This document shows positions 22,063-33,310 of a DNA stretch of 64,000 nucleotides, one piece after another. How positions within the stretch are numbered: the first letter of the stretch is position 1; each line of letters begins with the position of its first letter. The position numbers and the translations under genes are program-made. Source of the stretch: Nitrosopumilus sp. (GTDB lineage: Archaea > Thermoproteota > Nitrososphaeria > Nitrososphaerales > Nitrosopumilaceae); contig CBDBGZ010000004.1 of NCBI GenBank assembly GCA_965205425.1, positions 160,001-224,000 of the forward strand. The letters are read 5' to 3'. The notes below the pieces were generated by a model. The model saw only the letters and a list, made by a program, of their open reading frames with translations. It ran no database searches and was not told the origin of the DNA.

Positions 22063-22138
22063 TGACTGAGTCATGCACTCCAAACCAACATTATTTGTAG
22101 CAATACAAATCGACTCAGCGAGCTGGTGTGAGATGTGT
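22063..22138 (+). repeat. structured intergenic repeat type A, copy 3 (diverged)
   Basis: CTGAGTC...GACTCAG, hairpin atttgta-gcaa-tacaaat, tggtgtgaga. Confidence 0.7.
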
Positions 22139-22145
22139 AAAGAAG

Positions 22146-22298
22146 ATCAAAATAGATTTTCAAAACATTCCTACAGGACTGTACTGCGGTTTCATCCAAG
22201 CGATGAATCCAAACAACAGTTCTCATGACAGGAATCGTACTGCTGGAGACGTTACTACCAGATTATAGGAGGTTGAACCTTTATGGTCCAACAAACAA
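22146..22298 (+). repeat. structured leader repeat type B, copy 1
   Basis: Homologous to 24650-24799 through AGGAGGT and the ATG GTC CAA CAA ACA start. Confidence 0.8.
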
Positions 22299-23113
22299 GT
22301 GAAAGTGAAATCACAAAAATCAATTCACATCAAAAAACAATACAATACATGACAGATATGGCATCATCCATATGTGCAATTCAGGCAGAGCATGCACATC
22401 CCTTGAACAAGGAGTCATACCTCACATATACAGAAACAGAAAAGATACTGTACAAGATGCTTACTGAGAACACGGGGGCAAACATACTTGATTCGGGAGG
22501 AGCATATGGCAGACACTGGCAGCAAAACCGCGGGATTGCCGACTTTAAGAGCATACCTAGTGTGAAAATCCACAAAATGTATGGTGCAGCAAAACACGTC
22601 TTTGCAATAGTTAACGATATTGCAACGTATGACAAGGCAGTAGACTGCAAGTTCCACAAGTTTGCAGCAGCACCAGAAAATCGAGACAAATTATGGGTTG
22701 AGAACATGGAAGAGTTTGCTGAGACGTATAACGAGGATGATTGGATGAAAGATCATGGCGCAAACACATACGGTTTCGAGTCCTATTGTGGCAACCAGGA
22801 AATGCAGTACGATTTTCTCACAATAGATGGCTACACATACATCGTCTTGCAATTCCATGGAGGATGCGACATACGCGGAGGATACACAACACCGCACGTC
22901 TTTAGATGCGACTATGATGATTTCATAATTGCAAGCACACAGGTATCCATTAGCTGCATGTGTAACTGTGCATATTCTGACGGCTTTGACTGGACTGCTG
23001 AATCAGGAGATGACATAGAGTTCTCATGGGATGACGGATTACACCAAGACTGGAACTGGAAGAATGATAACACATTGTTGTGCAGTAAATGCAAAGAAAG
23101 GGTTGCAGCATAG
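22283..23113 (+). CDS. mobile-element hypothetical protein
   Basis: 276 aa; DSGGAYGRHWQQN and HGGCDIRGGYT motifs, Cys-rich C-terminus; AGGAGG upstream. Confidence 0.8.
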   Translation: MVQQTSESEITKINSHQKTIQYMTDMASSICAIQAEHAHPLNKESYLTYTETEKILYKMLTENTGANILDSGGAYGRHWQQNRGIADFKSIPSVKIHKMYGAAKHVFAIVNDIATYDKAVDCKFHKFAAAPENRDKLWVENMEEFAETYNEDDWMKDHGANTYGFESYCGNQEMQYDFLTIDGYTYIVLQFHGGCDIRGGYTTPHVFRCDYDDFIIASTQVSISCMCNCAYSDGFDWTAESGDDIEFSWDDGLHQDWNWKNDNTLLCSKCKERVAA

Positions 23114-23569
23114 TTGGTCATAAACAGCACATGTCCTAACTGCAAAGGAACCGGAATCTTTGAGACCTGTACTGAATGCGGTACAAGCAAACACCATGAT
23201 GCAAGATGCGAGTATTGTGCAGTCAAAGGCCATGAGCAGAGCATACAGCAAGGAAAAGACTGCATGATGTGCGGCGGATGGGGCAGGATACACAAATCCC
23301 AAAGTATGGAGATGCGAGATGCAGAAAAGGAAAACAGGGTTCCAATATGCATCGCATGCAATCACGAGGTACGCTCCATAATACAGACACAGTACGAGTA
23401 CATCGACTGGAGTTATTCTAAGAACTCAAAGAGTTATGTGAAAGGAGGATATGACGGTGATTCAGAAAAACCAGTGCATGACTGCAAAGAAAAAGGATGT
23501 GCATGTGAGTATCAGACGTGGGACTTTCTAGATGAGAACTCTGAATGTGATTTGGGGGTGGCATTCTAA
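23114..23569 (+). CDS. Cys-rich Zn-finger protein (CxxCxGxG repeats)
   Basis: CPNCKGTG, CMMCGGWG; abuts neighbours. Confidence 0.7.
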   Translation: MVINSTCPNCKGTGIFETCTECGTSKHHDARCEYCAVKGHEQSIQQGKDCMMCGGWGRIHKSQSMEMRDAEKENRVPICIACNHEVRSIIQTQYEYIDWSYSKNSKSYVKGGYDGDSEKPVHDCKEKGCACEYQTWDFLDENSECDLGVAF

Positions 23570-23883
23570 TGTCTGAAGAAGGATTTGAGACTATAGCCCA
23601 GATGAAACTCCGACATCTTCCAAATGATGCAGAGCTAATGATACAAAGACAGAAAGGCTCCATGATACCTGATGACAAGGTACAGTTCGGACTGCCATCT
23701 ACATTTGTAAACCAGGACAACGGACAAACAGTATGGAATAGAGGACCATCAATCCAGCTCGAACAGATACCAGAGTTAATTCAGATGCTGCAAAAGGCAT
23801 ACGAGAAATATTCTAAAAAGAAATACTCTGATGCAAAGTCTGAAAGAACGCACACCTTTGCAGACATTTACGAAAATGACTGA
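23569..23883 (+). CDS. hypothetical protein
   Basis: 104 aa, TAATG coupling. Confidence 0.7.
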   Translation: MSEEGFETIAQMKLRHLPNDAELMIQRQKGSMIPDDKVQFGLPSTFVNQDNGQTVWNRGPSIQLEQIPELIQMLQKAYEKYSKKKYSDAKSERTHTFADIYEND

Positions 23884-24052
23884 TGCAAAGCGTCCTGCAA
23901 GGATACAATGTCTGATGGAAAAACATCATTAGGCAATGCCCGGGATAGCATCAGGCAGAGAAAGCACAAAAGAGCACTCAAAAAGGTTAGACAGGAATTA
24001 AACCGCATTCTTGATTCCTAATCTTTTTTTAGGATGCAAAAATAGAATAGAC

Positions 24053-24298
24053 ATGTCTGAGACAAAAACCCTCAATCCTTTTGAGCATCTTCCAGAAGAC
24101 AAGCTGGAGATAATCAGAAAGGATTTTGAGCAAAACAACTACAGATCAGATACTTTTGAGGAACATCTAAAGTCATTGCATGAAGATGATATGATTCCAG
24201 AAGAAGTACTAGATATAATCGAGGTCAGAAAAAGCAAGGATTGGAAGACATTTTCCTCAGCTGAAGAATTGTTAGAAGAATTACATAGAGATGACTAG
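24053..24298 (+). CDS. putative antitoxin
   Basis: Acidic, ends KTFSSAEELLEELH; overlaps the toxin gene. Confidence 0.7.
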   Translation: MSETKTLNPFEHLPEDKLEIIRKDFEQNNYRSDTFEEHLKSLHEDDMIPEEVLDIIEVRKSKDWKTFSSAEELLEELHRDD

Positions 24299-24560
24299 CT
24301 GGAAGATAAAAAAAGAAAATACTTTCAAAAAACAATACAAAAACATTGGACACAATAGACAGTCTATTGCAGATAAAGCAATTCTAGAACTTGCAGCATC
24401 TTCAAATCCTGCAAATCTTGGAAAATACAAACAAAGCAACAAAGTCTTTGCATATGAACTTGGAAAAAATGATCGCCTAATCTACACCTTGGATTATTTT
24501 CACAATGAGATAATCCTACTTCGAGTGTGTGACCACAAGTCAGTCTATGGCAAAGACTAG
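24291..24560 (+). CDS. RelE/ParE-superfamily toxin
   Basis: 89 aa, basic; FKKQYK, DRLIY, ILLRVCDHKSVY. Confidence 0.8.
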   Translation: MTSWKIKKENTFKKQYKNIGHNRQSIADKAILELAASSNPANLGKYKQSNKVFAYELGKNDRLIYTLDYFHNEIILLRVCDHKSVYGKD

Positions 24561-24649
24561 ACAAAACAAATTTTTTGAACAAAACGCCTGGAACTCATAG
24601 CATTTCTAAGATAATTATCTTTAGAATCAAATGAGTTTTGGTACAGAAA

Positions 24650-24799
24650 ATCAAAACAGATTTTCAACATTATTCCTGAGAATTACAAGTAAAATATCTC
24701 AAAGAGATATTCTGAAAGTAATTCTCATATGGGAACCGTTCTACTGAAAACGTTATTTCAGAATAACAGGAGGTTGAGCCTTTATGGTCCAACAAACAA
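24650..24799 (+). repeat. structured leader repeat type B, copy 2 (preceded by a long hairpin at ~24588-24641)
   Basis: tgagaattac...gtaattctca, aatatctc-aaa-gagatatt, ctgaaa-acgtta-tttcag. Confidence 0.8.
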
Positions 24800-25653
24800 T
24801 ACAAAAAACAAAAGAAAAACAGATGAATCAATCAAAACAGATTCTAGAAAAACTAGTAAAAAGTTTTGAAAATCCAGAACTGTTACAAAATGCAATCCTC
24901 AAAACATTTCTGGACCCGATTGATGTGCCGCAAAACAGGTATTCCAGAGCAAACAGAATACTACTTGCAATCCAAGGCGCATATGATGCAAGAGGAAGTG
25001 CCACATGGAGGCAACTAAACCGCTTTCCACTGGATTGGTCAAAAAAAGTGTTCATCATGATGCCAAGAACACAGAGAATCAAAAACAGCGACAAAGACGA
25101 GAAAGACAACAAAGAAGAGAAAACAATAACTGCAGGATTTTTCTTCAAGGGTCTGTATGATGCAGAGAACACATACGGTACGGGAAAAAACTCCAAGATA
25201 GAATATGTGAAAAATCCACCAAGGACACTGCCACCACTAAGTGATGTCGCAGAGAAATGGGGAGTCAAAATACAATACCAGGTAAGACCCGATGCATGGG
25301 GATCATATGATCCAGCAAACAACAAAATCCAGCTAAGCACAGACAATGCAGGGACATTCTTTCACGAGTTAGCACACAAGGCACATGAGAAAATTGATGG
25401 AAAACTCAAAGGAGGTCAAGACCCACAACAAGAGGCAATTGCCCAGCTAAGTGCAGGAGTGTTGTCTCAAATGTATGATCATACCATTGATCTTGAGACA
25501 TTTGAGTACATCAAAGAATACACTCATGATGATCCAGAAAAAGCAATGCAGTTAATCCGCAAAGTATTGCACAAGACAGGCCAGGTTCTGGAACTGATTC
25601 TTGAAACTACATCATACCAAAAAACAGATGCAGTCAAGGAGGGCGTAAAGTGA
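24784..25653 (+). CDS. ArdC-like antirestriction protein (ssDNA-binding domain plus HExxH metallopeptidase-like domain)
   Basis: YSRANRILLAIQ...ATWRQLNR; GSYDP...I; FFHELAH; EAIAQ. Confidence 0.8.
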   Translation: MVQQTIQKTKEKQMNQSKQILEKLVKSFENPELLQNAILKTFLDPIDVPQNRYSRANRILLAIQGAYDARGSATWRQLNRFPLDWSKKVFIMMPRTQRIKNSDKDEKDNKEEKTITAGFFFKGLYDAENTYGTGKNSKIEYVKNPPRTLPPLSDVAEKWGVKIQYQVRPDAWGSYDPANNKIQLSTDNAGTFFHELAHKAHEKIDGKLKGGQDPQQEAIAQLSAGVLSQMYDHTIDLETFEYIKEYTHDDPEKAMQLIRKVLHKTGQVLELILETTSYQKTDAVKEGVK

Positions 25654-25722
25654 TGAAAAGCATGCTGCCAAAGGCATTTCTCACAAACTGGAACAAAAAG
25701 AAATGATTCAGCCGGACTTTTA

Positions 25723-26091
25723 TTGCTGATGACAGTCGGAACAGAACTGCTAGGCAACATCTTTGATGTCCTGATACATAACAACTCCAAGCAAAAGATT
25801 CTCAGACGTCTGTACTGCGAATCAGGCCATCCGGCAGCAAAGGCATATGGATTTGTCAATGGCACCACCAGAGCAAAACTGGAGCTAATAATTCCAAAGT
25901 GCAAAGACTGCAAGCATCAAAAACTAAGACATATCACCATGGTGCTAGTCTTTGAGGAGCTTGCACGTCTCAACAAATCCAATTTGCTAGGAGAGTTGCA
26001 TAGACAGATAGGCGGACCTGCAAAATACGCATCCAATCTATGCTGCAAAAAAACACAGGAAATGATCCAAGAAAAAGGATCATTCAAGTGA
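25723..26091 (+). CDS. hypothetical protein, start uncertain
   Basis: 122-aa ORF co-oriented with the cluster. Confidence 0.45.
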   Translation: MLMTVGTELLGNIFDVLIHNNSKQKILRRLYCESGHPAAKAYGFVNGTTRAKLELIIPKCKDCKHQKLRHITMVLVFEELARLNKSNLLGELHRQIGGPAKYASNLCCKKTQEMIQEKGSFK

Positions 26092-26951
26092 AAGAAAAAT
26101 CACTTTATAAAAAAACAAACTATTAGGGAAATCCCCCTGATGATTCAGTGATGTATGAAATGATCCTCAATACGAGGTGTTATGCATCACTGTTGCTCAA
26201 TTGTACCGTTCCACAGGAACTGTACTGTTGGGTTGGCTTTATCGCTAGTCGGTATTGCCGAAACCACAAAACGTCTCATCTCAACAAGAGATGATTCTAT
26301 ACAGTACTGTACGATACGTACAATACTGTGAATTGTGGTTGGGGAAAAATAAACAATTCAAATAAAGTATCTCATCCCCCATTCAAAGATGAATCTTTGA
26401 TGTGTTTATGCAAGACATACAGGCTATGTTCTGATGAATACGACTCATAATGTATTTGGTGAAAACCAATCATAGGGGTATCCTGCAATTGGGCAATCAT
26501 TTGTTGTTGTGGCGTTAGCTGGAAATTACAGCTGGAAATTATAGCCAAAGATTGTATTCCCAGTAGATCCTAAATGTTATTTATGGGATATTCCAAATAA
26601 TGAATTATCTTTGTGAAGAGAGTGGCCCAGACCTATAGTAACAGTCGCCTCTTCTGAAGAGAGAAATTAACAATATACAATGAATAATTCTCTCAATCTT
26701 TACATCATTTCAAATCACCATCTAAAACCCACATATATCACATGGAACTATATTGGTAATGTCACTGGCTAGATTAGGGAAATATCCAATACCCTCAAAC
26801 AGATTTTACATTGTATTGTCATGGTTATTTGATGCCAGTGGCAAATGACTCTAAAAAATAACTTGTACCAAACGTTTGGCAAAAGTTACATCCAAAGAAG
26901 GACGATGATGATTTCTGCCCTTTAAATTCAATTTTTCCCATGATATAATGT

Positions 26952-27347
26952 ATGTCAAAACTCCAGGTATTCTGTAAAACAAAAAAGGAAATCTATGGCA
27001 TACAAAGACATGACTCGTATAATGTTGTAATCCCCTACAGAACAGCAGAGGATATGCATGTACAAGACGGCATGGTATTGCACGCTACGGCATCAGAAAA
27101 AACTGGTACGATACGACTGCACAAAAAGGAATTAAAAGATTCCACTCCAGTCAAAATCAGACAGAGGTTAACCAAAGTGTACAAGAATCAAAGATACCAT
27201 TCCACAAGGATTACCATACCGATTCACATCGTAAGGCAATTGCACCTGCAAAAAAATGACGAACTAGACATTGACTGCAGAGCTGGTACCATAATCATAA
27301 AGTCAAGGACAAAAGACAAGAGAAGACCAAGGGCGACATACTCGTAA
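26952..27347 (+). CDS. double AbrB/SpoVT-type DNA-binding protein
   Basis: SYNVVIPY..AEDM..GMVL and RITIP..IVRQLHLQKNDELDI. Confidence 0.75.
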   Translation: MSKLQVFCKTKKEIYGIQRHDSYNVVIPYRTAEDMHVQDGMVLHATASEKTGTIRLHKKELKDSTPVKIRQRLTKVYKNQRYHSTRITIPIHIVRQLHLQKNDELDIDCRAGTIIIKSRTKDKRRPRATYS

Positions 27348-27420
27348 TTAGTCACCTGTGCAAAGTTACAACAGAGAATTCAGCAGGTATGCTTTTATGA
27401 TATGGTAATATCAAAGCCAC

Positions 27421-28401
27421 ATGAAACTAGGCGCAGTCCTTGCAGGTATAATATTTGCAGTTGTTTTGATTACAAGTGTTGCAATCCCTGCACATGCCGA
27501 ATATCTCTCACCCAAAAAACAGCTAGAATCAGGAGTATTACCTGAGGATATACAGTGTAATGAAGACAAAATATTGATAATTAGGGATAATGGTAAAATG
27601 GCCTGTGTCTCACCATCAACTGCAGAGAAAAAGCTCTGGAACATCATACAGACAGAATTCATGCCAGAAATGATTCCATCAGAAAAAGACACTATCGATA
27701 CTCCAATAGAATCTACAACCATCACACTAAGTGTCACATCTGATACAGAGTTTGCAGATGATAAACGAGAGATAAAACGATCCATACTACAACGAGCACC
27801 TGCACCATGGCCAATGTATGATAAAATCATAAACAGTACCACAGGTTTGATAGTTCCAGGACCTGCCGGAGCATTAGGTCTGCAAACAACTCCACACGAG
27901 AAATATTCTCTAAATCACAAAGTTGGATTATATCTAGAAGACTGGATGCCAACACACATTCCAGAGGGTCAAAAATTACTATACGCAGATACTGATTACA
28001 ATGCTTTTGAGGTAAATGGAAGAGACTATGAGAGTCACAATGCAATTTACCAGTTTGTTCCAACATCATTTGTTTTGAATCCTGGCATAAACAGTCATGA
28101 CTTGAAAGTGTCGCAAGGATTTACAGTCAATATAAAACACAGAACATTACCATTTGATTCTGTAGAAGATGGTATTGAGTATCTTAAGGAAATTGATGAA
28201 ATACAACCAGGTAGTTATGGTGGTTATCGTGATATGACTCGTGATGGGAAAACAGTGTCGGCATTTGAAGGTGGAAATGATCTAAATCACTATCAAGCAA
28301 CAGTCTACTTTCAACCAGATGAAAATACTAGTATAGGTATCCATTCAAATTACCACACACTGGATGAACTAATTCCTGTTTTTAACAGCATAATGAAATG
28401 A
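27421..28401 (+). CDS. secreted protein with thaumarchaeal SPKKQ...C...CVSP domain
   Basis: Signal peptide; LSPKKQLESGVLPEDIQC...ACVSPSTAEK. Confidence 0.75.
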   Translation: MKLGAVLAGIIFAVVLITSVAIPAHAEYLSPKKQLESGVLPEDIQCNEDKILIIRDNGKMACVSPSTAEKKLWNIIQTEFMPEMIPSEKDTIDTPIESTTITLSVTSDTEFADDKREIKRSILQRAPAPWPMYDKIINSTTGLIVPGPAGALGLQTTPHEKYSLNHKVGLYLEDWMPTHIPEGQKLLYADTDYNAFEVNGRDYESHNAIYQFVPTSFVLNPGINSHDLKVSQGFTVNIKHRTLPFDSVEDGIEYLKEIDEIQPGSYGGYRDMTRDGKTVSAFEGGNDLNHYQATVYFQPDENTSIGIHSNYHTLDELIPVFNSIMK

Positions 28402-31370
28402 TGATTAGACTCTTAATTTTATCTGCAATTATTTTTGCATTGGGTGTGACATCACTTGGTCAGGATGCCTTTGGAATACTGGGATGCGATGATCCCCACT
28501 GCTATGCATTATCTCAATCAAGCAGATCCTCACCTGTTGATGGCATCAGATACACATTGGATTCTCCGGATTTGTACGTTGATAGAAATCAATGTGTCAA
28601 CATTGCAGTTTCAACAGGTTGGCTAATCACAACAACAGGTGAATGGATAGAAAGCGGCGTTACAAAAGGCCATGTTGAAAATGTTGGCTGCGTTACAAAA
28701 TTAAGCACATATTATGCATTTAATAATGTTGTAAACAACAATGATCATTACCAAGAATACCTAGTACCAAACGGAAGAATAGATCCTGGGGATGACATTA
28801 ATATCGAAATCAAGAGATCAGCATTGCAGCCAAAAAGCTCAATTCAGGTCTTTGTAACAACGCCTGACTATTCCAGTCAATTTCCAACAGCACAAATCAG
28901 CATGAATCCTGAAAATACATACTATACCGATTACGGAATAGAGGGAACAATTTCGGCTACCGATGAGTATTCCTCAATTCCAATGAGCAAGTTTACTGAC
29001 ATGAAGATAAGACAAAACGATTCATGGTTGAATTTGCCATCTAGTGCAACTGTGATCACTTTGAACACAATTGATGCTCTTTATGTCACAAGTACTGCTG
29101 AGGGATATATCGGTAAGAAATGTGGAAACAACTCATTTATTGCAGGAACCGTACTGTCCCTTGACTGCAACAACATAGCTACAAGAAACCAGATTCCAAC
29201 TCCTGAAAATATCATAGTTAACACAAACACAAAGAGACCGTACACCATACATCTAAACGCAGTAGACACAGACAAGGACTATCTCACATATAATTTGGTA
29301 GAGCATCCAACAAACGGAAAACTAAACCATACAAATAAAGCAAATGATTTGATCAACACAGATGGGGACTCTTCCCAGTTCATCTACACACCAGCTAGTT
29401 CCACTCCGGAATCGGATACCATAAGATACTCTGTAACTGATAAAAGACTTGGACACACAAGGGAGGGATTAATAACAATTATGGGACCAACCCCTGCAAA
29501 TACGGTACCAAGCATAGTAGATGACTTTGCATTTGCATTGACAGGAAATACCATCCACTTTACATGGACTCATCCTAACAATGGTGGTTCAGACATTACA
29601 TCTTATCAGGTAGAGAGATCAAGGGATTCTATAGTATGGGCATTACATGGCATCCATTCTGAAACTACAACAAGCTTTGATTATACCAGGTAGCCAGGAT
29701 ATGACCAATACTTTAGAATATTTGCAAATAATGACATTGGAGCATCAGCACCATCAAATGTTTTACATGTGTACATCCCAGATACGACACCGCCTAACAT
29801 CACAATACAAAAACCAAGGACTGGCTCCACCATCATTATCCCTGATGTGACAGTATCAGGAAGCATCTATGAAGGCATGAGCTCAGGCATTGAGAACATT
29901 AGAATTGCAGTTGATGGCACCACCAGCACCACACCAATAACTACTACAATACTGGCCCAAGATACAACTGTAAACTTTGAATCTGTACTAACCGGACTGA
30001 CAAATGGCATCCACACCATAACAGCTTCTGCAGAAAACCAAGACGGACTGCGAGGTACTGACAGCACAACTATAACAGTTGATGCGCCAGTTCCAAAGAC
30101 TGTGACCTCTTTCTCAGATGACTTTGAGGGAACAATGTCCCAATGGAATCTATCTACAGAAGATGACGAATACTGGAGTATCAGAGATTCTCCTATTGTT
30201 ATGATACCTGACTCTGCACCTGCAAACAAGGTTGCAGGAACTGAGGACTGTGACGATGTATGTGTCATGAGCATGGTTGATAATGTAGATCTAACACAGA
30301 TGGAGTCGCCAACACTAAGCTTTTACAGGTTTGTTGGAACAGGCGCTGACATTAGAGACCAAGAGGGAATTGTATCATACGTCTCAACAAACGGAGGAGA
30401 CACGTGGAGGATACTTGAGCGATTCACTGCCGATGAATCCGAAGATGACGGAATATGGCACAAGGAAAAATATGACCTGAGTGCATATTCTACCAGTGCA
30501 CAGTTTAAGGTAAGATTTGATGCAGTCTCAAGTTCTAACAGTGAGGATACTGAACTTGATGATGTTGTCATTTATGACGCAGACAGACTTGCAGACACTA
30601 CACCTCCAGTAATCATGCCACCTGATGATAAAATAATCAATGCTACGGCAAAACTCACACCAGTTACTCTGTCTCAGTTAGGAGTAGCAACAGCTATAGA
30701 TAATATCGATTCAACTGTGAGAGTTACAAATGACATCCCATCATTATTCCCACTTGGCATTACCACAATAACATACACAGCTACTGATAATGCTGGAAAT
30801 ACTGCAAATGCCACACAATCAGTAATTGTTGTAGATACAACCCCTCCGGTATTTACAGGCGTATCTGAGGATATCATTTCAGGAAATGATCTGGCATTTC
30901 CAATAGATTATCTCAAACCCACTGCAACTGATAGTGTAGATGAGGACGTATCAATGAGTTGCAATCCATCTAACATACACAATACAGGACAAACCACCAT
31001 CTATTGTATTGCAACTGATGACTCGGGCAACTCTGCTGAGACCTCATTTGAAATAACAGTTCCACAAGATTCAATATTTACACTAGAATCAATTACAACT
31101 GATTCGTGCAGTGTACAGGTTCAGCTTGGCACCACAGTAGAATTCTCACTTGAGCAATGCAATTCAGAGTATGCTGGAATAACATACAGCTCTATCCCAC
31201 GCCACATGTATTACGGTTCAGTAGCAATATCTCATGATGGTACGACACTACTCATTACAGCACCAGACTCTGCAGAGTCCCATTTACATGCAGATGAATT
31301 TGGAGTAACAATTAATCATACGGCATACAACCAGCCAAGAGTCGATGTTTCAGTGATATACTATGAATAG
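28398..31370 (+). pseudogene. ~990-aa surface protein (neprosin-like N-domain, Ig-like, FN3, HYR-like domains) with one in-frame TAG at 29691-29693
   Basis: ORFs 28398-29693 and 29769-31370 are in the same frame; FN3 motif continues across the stop; DTTPP/HYR-like repeats. Confidence 0.75.
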
Positions 31371-31415
31371 TAATACCTCATAACCGTTTACACACAACAA
31401 ATACCAAAACTATCC

Positions 31416-32096
31416 AGAAGACCTCTTGCGTAATTACAAACAAAATCTTATCTTTCATTGAATTTAATTTCAAATAATTTCTAATCTTATGGAATCACAA
31501 CAAACTCTTGTTTCCATCTTGTCTTGAAATTCACAATTCCACATACGATGTCACTTATTGCATCATATCTGCACAATCTATTCCTAAATGTCTCAGAATT
31601 AATCCTAAACTTTTTGATTTGAGAGATAATATGTTCTACTTTTATTCGGATTCTTGACTGTATCTTGTTCCATTCCTTTTGATGTATGGTCAGTTTTTTT
31701 CCTTTCTTTTTCTTGTATGGTAGAATGCTTGTCTGTTCTGGAAAATCTTTTTCCACTCCCAAATACCCAAGGTCATAAAATATCATCACATCTTCGTGTA
31801 GTGTAGGATACTTTATTTTCAGTATGGCATAATCATGTTTTTTACCTGGAGAATGTGGGGGTTTGTGGATTATCTCACCTTTCTGGTTTATGGTGATTTG
31901 GTTTTTTATTGTGTGTTTTTTCTTTTTGCCTGAATAGTGAGTCTTTCTTTTCTTTTTGTTCTGGGGTCTTGGGATTTGCTGCTCTGTCCCATCAGTCATT
32001 GCAATCAATTCTGGAAAGAACAGTTGGAGTTGCTGTACATCATTTATTTTTTTAGAATCAGAGTATAGTTTTGCAGGAATAGGAACTGTTTTTCTT
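31416..32096 (-). mobile_element. IS5/ISL2-like (DDE_Tnp_4) IS truncated by IS481
   Basis: DGTEQQIPRP, YSGKKKKHTIK, DLGYLG, RIKVEH. Confidence 0.8.
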
Positions 32097-33140
32097 ACTA
32101 TCTTTTCCGGAAATTATTTCACCCCTTAACTAGGAGAGCATCATTCCCATACTATCGTATGCGTGGGTATCGTGGCATACCTATGGTAAAGTTAGATGAG
32201 AATAAGATCAGGTGGATTATACAATCTAAAAATGAAAAAGTCAAGAATTTAGATATTTCAGTAATCCTCAAGATAACGCCTAGAAGAGTACAACAAGTCT
32301 ACTCTCAGTACAAAAAAACCAAAAAGATTCCCACACTCAAAAGACCAGGGCGTCCAAAAAAGCCAGTCACTGTACACGAGATAGAGCTAGTCAAACAAGT
32401 TCAAGAAAAATTTCATACAAACGCACTATACCTTGAGAAAATCATATCAAAATTGTACAATACCAAGATAAACCACAATCGCATCCACAAGATTATGCTA
32501 GATGAAGGATTATCAGTTGAGCAACCACGGAAAAAGATGAGAAGAAAGTGGATCAGGTATGAACGTGAATATTCAAATTCACTGTGGCATACTGACTGGC
32601 ACACAATACATGATTCACGCTGGGCAGGAAAACAACTAATTGCATTTGAAGATGATGCCTCACGATTTATCACGGGTTTCGGAGTGTATGATGAGGCAAC
32701 ATCTGTGAATTCTTCTGCAGTACTATCTGATGCAATAAAGAATCACGGTAGACCAGCATCCGTACTATCTGATAATGGAAAACAGTTCACATCAAATGTC
32801 AATACTCTTGATCATAACAAGCCAGTAGACTTTGAGCAGCAACTAATGAGACATCACGTAAAGCACTCTCGTACAAGAGTGAGACATCCACAAACAAATG
32901 GTAAGCTAGAAAAGTTCTGGGATATCTTTGAGTGTAAAATAGAATACTTTGAGTCAGTGGAGCAGTTTATGCATTGGTACAATCACATTAGAGTTCATGG
33001 CGCACTAGACTTGGATAACATGGAGACACCATCTGATGCGTATCACTCCAAGATGATAACAAACGAAATACTCATAGACCCAAGTATTCTATGGAGGAAT
33101 TACTCATGAAAGTGACACGAAATAATTTTTGGAAAGAACA
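32097..33140 (+). mobile_element. IS481-like IS type B, copy 2
   Basis: Near-identical to 14913-15956. Confidence 0.9.
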
Positions 33141-33310
33141 CAAATGAAATTAACTTTTCATCATAACGAATCAATTCGTAGAATTAAATTTAATTTCATT
33201 CCAGGATTCTCCCAGACATGCATTAATTTTAGGTATTTAGAGCCTTGTTTTGTATCCATGAAATGATAGTACCGTATAAATATTGATAATTTCGATAGTG
33301 ACACAATAAT

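Noticed and set aside
21037..22138. Type A repeats as CRISPR, integron attC or a known ribozyme
   Set aside because: They are separated by whole genes, lack attC R-box ends, and by eye lack hammerhead or HDV core consensus sequences; left unassigned.
26100..26950. Long ORF-free stretch
   Set aside because: Looks like decayed coding DNA; no structure or family could be supported.
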